64,000 nucleotides of DNA, from assembly GCA_002269645.1 (NCBI GenBank), contig NIVC01001884.1, positions 161,585 through 225,584 of the forward strand. Reading direction: 5' to 3'. The number at the start of each line of letters is the position of its first letter. The first letter of the stretch is position 1. Source of the stretch: Macrostomum lignano. Lineage: Eukaryota. The position numbers and the translations under genes are program-made. The notes under the pieces were generated by a model that saw nothing but the letters and a program-made list of their open reading frames with translations, was not told the origin of the DNA and made no database searches. Positions 48,425-59,203 of this stretch are shown one piece after another.

Positions 48425-51135
48425 GATAGCACACCTGGAACTCCTGTTCAATACTGGCACACCTGGAACTCCTGTTCAGTACTGGCACACCTGGAACTCC
48501 TGTTCAGTACTGGCACACCTGGAACCCCTGTTCAATACTGGCACACCTGGAACCCCTGTTCAATACTGGCACACCTGGAACTCCTGTTTAACACTGGCAC
48601 ACCTGGAACTCCTGTTTAACACTGGCACACCTGGAACTCCTGTTCAGTAATGGCACACCTGGAACTCCTGTTTAACACTGGCACACCTGGAACTCCTGTT
48701 CAGTACTGGCACACCTGGAACTCCTGTTTAACACTGGCACACCTGGAACTCCTGTTCAGTAATAGCACACCTGGAACTCATGTTTAACACTGGCACACCT
48801 GGAACTCATGTTCAGTAATGGCACACCTGGAACTCCTGTTTAACACTGGCACACCTGGAACTCCTGTTCAGTATTGGCACACCTGGAACTCCTGTTTAAC
48901 ACTGGCACACCTGGAACTCCTGTTCAGTAATAGCACACCTGGAACTCATGTTTAACACTGGCACACCTGGAACTCATGTTCAGTACTGGCACACCTGGAA
49001 CTCCTGTTTAACACTGGCACACCTGGAACTCCTGTTCAGTAATAGCACACCTGGAACTCCTGTTCAGTACTGGCACACCTGGAACTCCTGTTCAGTACTG
49101 GCACACCTGGAACTCCTGTTTAACACTGGCACACCTGGAACTCCTGTTCAGTAATAGCACACCTGGAACTCCTGTTCAGTACTGGCACACCTGGAACTCC
49201 TGTTCAGTACTGGCACACCTGGAACTCCTGTTTAACACTGGCACACCTGGAACTCCTGTTCAGTAATAGCACACCTGGAACTCCTGTTCAATACTGGCAC
49301 ACCTGGAACTCCTGTTCAATACTGGCACATCTGGAACTCCTGTTTAGTACTGGCACACCTGGAACTCCTGTTCAGTACTGGCACACCTGGAACTCCTGTT
49401 CAGTACTGGCACACCTGGAACTCCTGTTCAGTAATGGCACACCTGGAACTCCTGTTCAGTACTGGCACACCTGGAACTCCTATTCAATACTGGCACACCT
49501 GGAACTCCTGTTCAGTACTGGTACACCTGGAACTCTTGTTCAGTAATGGCACACCTGGAACTCTTGTTCAGTAATGGCACACCTGGAACTCCTGTTCAAT
49601 ACTGGCACACCTGGAACTCCTGTTCAGTACTTGCACACCTAGAACTCCTGTTCAGTACTGGCACACCTGGAACTCCTGTTCAGTACTGGCACACCTGGAA
49701 CTCTTGTTCAGTAATGGCACACCTGGAACTCCTGTTCAATACTGGCACACCTGGAACTCCTGTTCAGTACTTGCACACCTGGAACTCCTGTTCAGTACTG
49801 GCACACCTGGAACTCCTGTTCAGTACTGGCACACCTGGAACTCTTGTTCAATACTGGCACACCTGGAACTCCTGTTTAACACTGGCACACCTGGAACTCC
49901 TGTTCAGTACTGGCACACCTGGAACTCCTGTTCAGTAATGGCACACCTGGAACTCCTGTTCAATACTGGCACACCTGGAACTCCTGTTCAGTACTTGCAC
50001 ACCTGGAACTCCTGTTCAGTACTGGCACACCTGGAACTCCTGTTCAGTAATAGCACACCTGGAACTCCTGTTCAGTACTGGCACACCTGGAACTCTTGTT
50101 CAGTAATGGCACACCTGGAACTCTTGTTCAGTAATGGCACACCTGGAACTCCTGTTCAATACTGGCACACCTGGAACTCCTGTTCAGTACTTGCACACCT
50201 AGAACTCCTGTTCAGTACTGGCACACCTGGAACTCCTGTTCAGTACTGGCACACCTGGAACTCTTGTTCAGTAATGGCACACCTGGAACTCCTGTTCAAT
50301 ACTGGCACACCTGGAACTCCTGTTCAGTACTTGCACACCTGGAACTCCTGTTCAGTACTGGCACACCTGGAACTCCTGTTCAGTACTGGCACACCTGGAA
50401 CTCTTGTTCAATACTGGCACACCTGGAACTCCTGTTTAACACTGGCACACCTGGAACTCCTGTTCAGTACTGGCACACCTGGAACTCCTGTTCAGTAATG
50501 GCACACCTGGAACTCCTGTTCAATACTGGCACACCTGGAACTCCTGTTCAGTACTGGCACACCTGGAACTCCTGTTCAGTACTGGCACACCTGGAACTCT
50601 TGTTCAATACTGGCACACCTGGAACTCCTGTTTAACACTGGCACACCTGGAACTCCTGTTCAGTACTGGCACACCTGGAACTCCTGTTCAGTACTGGCAC
50701 ACCTGGAACTCCTGTTCAGTACTGGCACACCTGGAACTCCTGTTCAGTACTGGCACACCTGGAACTCTTGTTCAATACTGGCACACCTGGAACTCCTGTT
50801 CAATACTGGCACACCTGGAACTCCTGTTCAGTAATGGCACACCTGGAACTCCTGTTTAGTACTGGCACACCTGGAACTCCTGTTCAGTACTGGCACACCT
50901 GAAACTCCTGTTCAGTACTGGCACACCTGGAACTCCTGTTCAGTACTGGCACACCTGGAACTCCTGTTCAATACTGGCACACCTGGAACTCCTGTTCAGT
51001 AATGGCACACCTGGAACTCCTGTTCAGTACTAGCACACCTGGAACCCCTGTTCAGTACTGGCACACCTGGAACCCCTGTTCAGTACTGGCACACCTGGAA
51101 CCCCTGTTTAACACTGGCACACCTGGAACTCCTGA
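48425..51135. repeat. 28-bp minisatellite TACTGGCACACCTGGAACTCCTGTTCAG with a 560-bp higher-order duplication
   Basis: About 97 units; variant pattern repeats with an offset of 560 (ORFs at 49704 and 50264). Confidence 0.98.
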
Positions 51136-51394
51136 TGAGTGCTGGAACGCACAGATTATAGTCAACTACACTTTGAGACTTTTTGCACCATCAACTAGTT
51201 TAATGGATATCCGTTTATCCGAAAAGCTATTTTTCATTAATTAATAACTTTAATTCGGATCCGCGTTGAGAAAAATTATCTTCATCTGTATTTTAATATA
51301 GAAAATCACTGAACTTCATTGAGAAACTGCACAGAATATAAGAACAGAGTCAGTCGCGAGGATGCACCAGCAGAATGGCAGGGTGTGGAATTCG

Positions 51395-54300
51395 TCACAA
51401 CTTGGCCCTGGCGGTGGGGTTGTGCCGCTCCAGCAGCCTGTTGGCCGCGTGCCAGATCCAGACGCTGTGCACCGACCGAGGCAAACTGAGGCTGCTGAAT
51501 GCGAACTCAGGATCTGCCGGTGCAAAATGTGAAGTTTGTGCGGCGGTGAATGCGTCTGGTGTGGGATCAGGTGTGTCTTGCGTGGGATCGGGATTGATGC
51601 AGCTTTATAATGCACTTAGCTATCTCCTATACATGTCGGATTCCATCCTCCAAATAATTGTACTTTCTGTTTTGCAATTCAGCCTCGTACTTTTCAGTTA
51701 GCCGACTCACTTTCACTTTGTCTCCCATGCTTTTTCCCACAGACTATCGTAACCGTTACTTTACCACAGATATTTCAGCTGGCCTGTTCGCTATGTTAGC
51801 ATAAATACAAGTTCAACTCGCCTTCTCCTCTGCTAAACTTCTTTTCTGTCCCGCTAATCACTTATAATATTAGTTAATTGTCACTTCGACAATTCTCATA
51901 GCTGTCACCGAATTCACTAGTGTAAAGGGTGCCTAGCACGGTCCTCGAACTTTACCAACGCCCGCCAAGGCCAAAAACCTGACCCTAAAGAGAACCCAAT
52001 TCGAGTGTAGGAGCAGTGGAGACGCACCTTGAGTCTCGGCAAACCGATCTGCTGCAGCTTGCAGCAGGCCGATGGGAACCGAGAGGCTGACGCTGTGACA
52101 GTTTTGGTCCGGGGAGTGCAGCCTGCAAGGGTTGAAGCGCGGGGTTGAACAGAATGAGGAACAGGTGTTTTTGGTCTTGAGCAGCTGAGTGATCAGTTTG
52201 AGCAGCTGACTGATCAGTTTGAGCAGCTGAGTGATCAGTTTGAGCAGCTGACTGATCAGTTTGAGCAGCTGAGTGATCAGTTTGAGCAGCTGAGTGATCA
52301 GTTTGAGCAGCTGAGTGATCAGTTTGAGCAGTTGAGTGATCAGTTTGAGCAGCTGAGTGATCAGTTTGAGCAGCTGAGTGATCAGTTTGAGCAGCTGAGT
52401 GATCAGTTTGAGCAGTTGAGTGATCAGTTTGAGCAGCTGACTGATCAGTTTGAGCAGTTGAGTGATCAGTTTGAGCAGCTGAGTGATCAGTTTGAGCAGC
52501 TGAGTGATCAGTTTGAGCAGCTGAGTGATCAGTTTGAGCAGCTGAGTGATCAGTCTGAGCAGCTGAGTGATCAGTTTGAGCAGCTGAGTGATCAGTTTGA
52601 GCAGCTGAGTGATCAGTTTGAGCAGCTGAGTGATCAGTTTGAGCAGTTGAGTGATCAGTTTGAGCAGCTGAGTGATCAGTTTGAGCAGTTGAGTGATCAG
52701 TTTGAGCAGCTGAGTGATCCGTTTGAGCAGCTGAGTGATCAGTTTGAGCAGTTGAGTGATCAGTTTGAGCAGCTGAGTGATCAGTTTGAGCAGCTGAGTG
52801 ATCAGTTTGAGCAGTTGAGTGATCAGTTTGAGCAGCTGAGTGATCAGTTTGAGCAGCTGAGTGATCAGTTTGAGCAGCTGAGTGATAAGTTTGAGCAGCT
52901 GAGTGATAAGTTTGAGCAGCTGAGGGATCAGTTTGAGCAGCTGAGTGATAAGTTTGAGCAGCTGAGGGATCAGTTTGAGCAGCTGAGTGATCAGTTTGAG
53001 CAGCTGAGTTATTAGATTCAGGATCAGGTTGTCGGCTTGAGCACCGGAGAACCCCATGGACAGCGGAGCTCACCTGAGGTGTCCCACAGTCATGGCGACA
53101 GAATGGCCATCTTCAAGCGTCACTGGCCCGCCACTGAACCCGTTGAACACCGGGCACGAAGTCTGCGAGTGAGCGAATGATATTGAATATACCCGATCCC
53201 ACACCAGACACATCCGATCCCACACCAGACACATCCGATCCCACACCAGACACACCCGATCCCACACCAGACACACCCGATCCCACACCAGACACACCCG
53301 ATCCCACACCAGACACACCCGATCCCACACCAGACACACCAATCCCACACAGACACACCTGATCCCACACCAGAAGCTCACCTGCAAGGCTACAATCGGG
53401 CATTGGTCACCGGGCAAGCGGCCACCGAATTCGTGAACTATTCGACCCCGACTGAGCATTGGGGGGCCGGGCTGGGACAGCCCTTGGAACGGAAATCCGA
53501 CGGCAATCACGGACTGTCCTGGATTGCGACGCGCATAATGGCAGGGATGAGGGCGGAAAGTAGCGATAAGAAGACACAAAGATCACTATTTCAGAACACA
53601 TGAAGGTCAAAAAGCATCTCAGGACATTTGAAGGTCAATAAGCATCTCAGGACAGTTGGAGGTTAATAAACATCTCAGGACAATTGGAGGTTAATAAGCA
53701 TCTCAGGACATTTGAAGGTCAATAAGCATCTCAGGACAGTTGGAGCTTAATAAACATCTCAGGACATTTGGAGGTTAATAAACATCTCGAACACTTGAAG
53801 GTCATTGCTCCCTCACCCAAGAGCTCTTTGCCGTCAGTTGCCAGCCGGTAAGCCACGCTCGGCAAGTCCGGCTCGTCGGGCTCCAACAGCACGAAGGCGA
53901 CGTCGAACACAGGCGGCTGGGTGCGCCGGTTCGCCCACAGCAGCGTCGCTCTCCGCCAGGCCCAAGCGGGGTCGCTGAGGCCGAGATCAGCCGAGGAGGG
54001 CTGGGCCGGTCGAACGCGGTAGATTTCGGTCGGCTTGTCGGCTTGGACGACAAGGTGAGCGCAGGTCACCAGCAGCCGGGGCGTCAGGGCGATGGCGGCA
54101 CCCCAGCGGCTGCCGTCCACCAACTCCAGGAGACAGGCGCCCGACCGGCTGGCGGCTGAAGGTTTTCAGTTTGCTCAAGTTACTCATAGCGCAACACAGG
54201 CTTGTAGGGAGTTGGGGATGCAGTTTACAAAGACTAGTGGGGAAGAAATTTTTGACAAAGACTAACAGCTTAAAAGACTTGTACGAGCCGTACTGTACGC

Positions 54301-55266
54301 AGGCACGCATTCATGCACTCGCTCACACAGGGTGTACAGCAGCCCTGGCTTTCTAATCGTCAGGGATGTACACTCTCCGTGCCTTGGGGGTTGGGCCTCA
54401 TGGATGTGAACTGGAGCTGGAGACTACAGAAGACAAGGGCCGCAAGAGGTGGGACACCCAGGCACAGGATATTTCAATCCCTGAACTGCCTACCAGCGCG
54501 GGGCCACAAAGCGTCTGCAGCCACCATCTGCACGGAGGGCTTCGCCAGCAGCCGCCCGCCAAGCAGCGCCAGCAGCCGCCCGGCTGGAAGCAGCGCCGGC
54601 CAGGTGAGTTCGGCGCCAGTCGTCGGCGCACAGACGCCAATTACGGCGCCAAGGACGGCGGCGGTGCCAGCGCCAGCGTCAGCAAGCGCGATGGCGCCAT
54701 TCGCGAGGCGCCGTTCGGTGAACAGCTGGGCTTCCGACAGAGCGGCCAGGAGGTAGCAGGAGGGCCCGGGCTGGCAGGTGACGCTGCCTGTTGGTCAATA
54801 AACCGGCAGAGCTTAGAAACTTTAGCTGTAAAAAGTTAACAATGTGCCTACTATGCTACTTACTTTCTATAGCTGCAGTAGTGCTTCCAGCACATAGCAA
54901 CTTGACTGAGAATCCAAGAAAACTGCTGCTGCCTTCAGTTGAAACCATTGGGAAAGATTTGTATGCATTGGGCAAAGGTTTTACCAGCTCAAAGCATAAA
55001 ATATGATTGAAGAATAGTTTAATGTGCAGAACTACATTAGTGACCGGGAGTTCAAGAGGCTTAGAAAAAATTAAATCTACTGTTAGAATTTCTGGATTCA
55101 CTTCCAACATTGGCTGATTAATTGCCTTAACATGAAACTGCCTTATTGACTGTAAATGCTTTGAATGCTTTTTATTAGCAAATATTACTAAATAGTTATT
55201 ATTGAACATGAAGCCATAATGTTCTCTACAGTCCCCATGACATGTGAGAGTGCAAGGAAAGTACAT
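51395..55266 (-). CDS. TYSND1: Peroxisomal leader peptide-processing trypsin-like serine protease (TYSND1-like), 7 exons, about 491 aa
   Basis: Exons are 55266-54864, 54787-54494, 54155-53817 (LLVTCAHLV; FDVAFVLL), 53518-53382 (GQSVIAVGFP), 53162-53074 (TSCPVFNGFSGGPV), 52122-52028 and 51513-51395 (…VWIW…RAKL*). All junctions are GT-AG and phase-compatible (1476 nt). His/Asp/Ser triad and C-terminal PTS1 AKL are present. The first exon and start codon are least certain. Confidence 0.87.
52178..53010. repeat. 21-bp minisatellite CAGTTTGAGCAGCTGAGTGAT
   Basis: About 39 units in a TYSND1 intron. Confidence 0.97.
53193..53374. repeat. 21-bp minisatellite CCCGATCCCACACCAGACACA filling a TYSND1 intron
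   Basis: About 8 units; an inverted two-unit copy lies at 51553-51593. Confidence 0.94.
53600..53805. repeat. ~28-bp repeat AGGTCAATAAGCATCTCAGGACATTTGA
   Basis: About 7 degenerate units. Confidence 0.88.
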
Positions 55267-58194
55267 TGCTCATGGACTCTGTTAGTCTTGCCAGTTCTGA
55301 AAGGAAAAATTAATCAAATTGCCATTATTTAAACTGAATTTAAATAAATCAATGTCTCAATAAGTCATTACGTTTGTATAACAACTTTTTGGATTAATTC
55401 AATAGGTTCATATGCCCTAGCTTTAATTTTTATAAAGTATAACTTTAAATAGACTTAAATTTGCACTTAGCCATGTTTAAAATTGCTCTAATAACCCACT
55501 TTATTAGAGGTTGCTATTCTTTTATATATACTAACAGCTAATACAAAATTATTAATCTTTTTAAAAAATAAAAAAAATATTTTTATATATATATTTTTTT
55601 TATATCATAATTCATTTTAAAGTATATGAAATTAGACAGTTTGAATTTTGTGTATTAGTTAAACAGCACTCAAGAAATAATGTGAAAAGCCAGTTTTTTT
55701 AATTTAAAAAATAAAATATTGGTCTAAAATACAACAAAGAATTAATTATTTAATATTTGCTTGGAAGCTTAAAATTGAATAATATATGTTTTCTATGATT
55801 AGGTATAATTTTCTATGATATGATTGCTTTGATTAGATTTAGAAATCAATCAAGAAAATTTATAGAATACATGTAGACCTAGCCACAACATAAAACTCAA
55901 AACCCATTTTTAATGTAATGGCTGAAGACAAATTTTACTTGATGGGATATAACTTGGGATATTGGACATGCATGATATATAAAAATATAAGGAAGACTGT
56001 ATGATGTAAATAATAAGATATGACTATCAGCAATTTAAAACAAACAAAAATAAAACAAACAAACGAATAGGAATAAAGAGTGTAGCTAAGTATATAATAA
56101 AAGAGAAGCAGTCGCTAATTCCCCATGAAATACTGTTCTGCAGTTTAGTTTTGAAATAGATCATAGACAGAGTTCTGGCAAAGTTATAATTTTAAGGTCA
56201 ACTGGCGCTAACTCAATGAATCATGAGAATTCCAGCAGCCGAGGATAGGGTACAGAGCGAATACAAGCGCAGAGATCAAGACAATTTGTATCCTCTACCC
56301 TGGTCCCTGACTCCCTGGATGTGGATGATCATCAATATTTCCTAGAAAATATCAATTTTAAAAAGTTATACTTCCATGCCAAATAACAAGAATGAGCGAA
56401 AAAAACAGACAAAAATTCTAAGCTTTTAGACAGTTAAACTATTTATTATGTCATTGAATGTGTTTGAGAATTTCAGTATAATTAGATTTTATGAGACATC
56501 AAATACTTAATAAATAATAACTTCATATGCACAAAAGGTATAACGTAATAACTTCTGACATTCTGACATTTACGAATGAGGTTATTCAGCAGTAGAACTC
56601 GAAACGAAATTTCCGGTTTGTAAAACTCGTGGGGCAACATCAAAATGTTACAAAAACAGGAATAGAGGCACACAGGAAAACAGGAAATACTACTTGATCG
56701 TAAGTAGTATTTATTGCTATTCAGTGGCGCAGGTTATCGTATTTGTACACGTACACAGCATATATTGCTCTTAATTTTCTACGCACATATTTACATGCAT
56801 ACCGTAGCAATGAACTATGCACGGTAATGTACGTGTATGCCAACGATCACTGGTCTCGCGCTTCATGCATGTATCTCGTATTGCAACGAATATGAGACAT
56901 ATGTGTGACATGATGCAACATTTCACGTATGTTTCCGTGAGGATTTCGAAAGCTGTTTCAAAATCAACAGCTGCACATGCTACTTAATTTTGTTGAGCAA
57001 ACGGTAGTATGCATAGCAAATTTCAACCAGTATCTAGCAACCTAAAACTCTTTAGCTGTTACCCGATAAGATTCAGTCAGCTTTCTAAACTATTTTTTCT
57101 TTATTTCACGTATGTCTCCCCTGGAGAGGAAAATTCAATCGAAATATTCTCTCAGCCTCACCAGTTCCGCACCTGTTCTGCACAGTCGCAGAAAGCAAAA
57201 AAAGCAAGAAACCGCGGTTGCCAAGTGGGAAGAGGCCACTTGAATGTCATGGGAGATTTTTTCTATTTCCATCGCTTTCTGGGATAATCCGCGGCCCCAA
57301 CAGCTTTCGGGGGAGGTTCGGGACAGGTGGGGAGAGAAATGGGAAAGCTGCTGAAAAAAGGGAGTCGGGGATGGGGAAGTGACAACAAATAGACAGAAAA
57401 AGTTTAGACTGCACCATGGGAAGCCACTTGAAGGCGGGTCGGTCCCGATGCATGCAGTGAGACACTTCTTCCCAACTAACTCCCCATATCCAGTTTGTGC
57501 GCGCTCTGACCGGCTAACTGGGTCGGCTGGCGCCTCTCCCGCCTGTTGGAGCTGCGGAGTCGCGGGTATGAGGGGGGGGGCGTGGCTGGGCGATCGCTGA
57601 AGCCGAATTTTCGGACAAGAGGCCGCTCGCTGCGGAATCTGTCGCTGTTCGAATGGGCCCGCCGCTGCGCCACATTCGTCACGCATTAATTCAGGCGGAG
57701 GCTGTGCGCTTTGATGGCGCGCCCAGCTGCATGCCTCGTCGCGTCATAAAAGCATTATTAGCCAATGATGCGTCCTCTGTATAGCAGCCATAACAGGTGA
57801 AAACCAACAATTTTATTGTGCAGGTTTTTTAGTCCAAACGGAAAAGATTCCACTGTCGTATAGATGGACTCTGATTAACCACCTTATTCTAGCATTTTCT
57901 GGTTAATGTCCTCTTGGTTCGAGGTTTCACCTGCGAACACACGTGTGTACGACTCGTACATGACTGCCAATGGGAAAGTCATTGCCGCTTTACAACCCTG
58001 CGTGAGCGCATGCATGTGCTCAGCGTTCAAAACGTTTGAGCGCCTAATTTACAAGCCAAAGCGCCACTCCTGACGAGACCAACTGCATGTAAACTGCATT
58101 TATTCACCCCGCTCTGTACTCTCCTTTCGCTTCTCGCCAGAGAGTTACTATAAATGCGGATAAAGAAAATATGAGATATAACCTAGAGCACGGG

Positions 58195-58695
58195 CGGAAG
58201 AGAGGAAAGAGAAGATAGAGGAGAGAGAAGGGAGAGCGGGGAGAGAGCGGAGAGAGTGGAGAGAGGGGAGAGGGGAAATAAGGGCGAGAAGAGAGGGAGA
58301 GAGGGGAGAGAGGGGAGAGAGGGGAGAGAGGGAGGAGAGGGATAGAGAGGAGAGAGGGGAGAGAGGGGAGAGAGGGGAGAGAGAGGAGAGAGGGGAGAGA
58401 GGGGAGAGAGGGGGAGAGGGGGGAGGGGAGAGAGGGTATAGGGGGAAGAGAGCGGATAGAGGGAGAGGGGAGAGGGAGAGGGGAGAGGGGAGAGGGGAGA
58501 GAGGAGAGGGGAGAGGGGAGAGAGGAGAGAGAGGAAGAGGGAGAGAGGGAAGAGAGAGGAGAGGGGAAGAAGGGAGAGATGAGAGAGGTAAAAGAGGAGA
58601 GAGGGGAGAGAGGGGAGAGAGGGGAGAGAGGGGATAGGGGAAGAAGGGAGAGAAGAGAGAGGGGAAAGAGGAGAGAGGGAGGGGAGAAGGGAAGG
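58195..58695. repeat. Polypurine (GA-rich) low-complexity tract
   Basis: Almost exclusively G/A on the + strand. Confidence 0.92.
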
Positions 58696-59203
58696 GTCAC
58701 TGCAAAAACTGCAATAGCGAAATGACATTGACAGCACTCCAACCGACAGAGATCAAAAAATCTCACTAGTTCTCTCGACTGAACCTGAACCAACGCAAAT
58801 TAAAGAATTGGAAAGATGAGATTCAGAAAGCATTGAATCAGTTTCTGTTTTCAGAATTTTCCGATAATAATTTTTCATCTGTCAAACTATTAGAAATAAT
58901 TTCAGAAAGTCAAAATTCAATTTAAAAGCAAATATAAGAAAGCCAATTATTTGAGTTGGGGACCTCTTTGACGATTGATTTGAGTGCAGCAGTCAAACAC
59001 TTGTGAGTTGTTTAGTTTATATTTAACGAACAAAAGAAGCAATTTGACAAATGACAGGCAGATAGAATTTTGAAGCAGAGCTTGTGGAGCTGGAGCTGCC
59101 ATCTATTAAATAATAAAGTAGCGGGCGATGGGCACAGTGTAAATCAGACACAACAATTGAACAAATTGAAAGAATCATGCCTCGATTCTTGGTGCGCAGA
59201 AGT

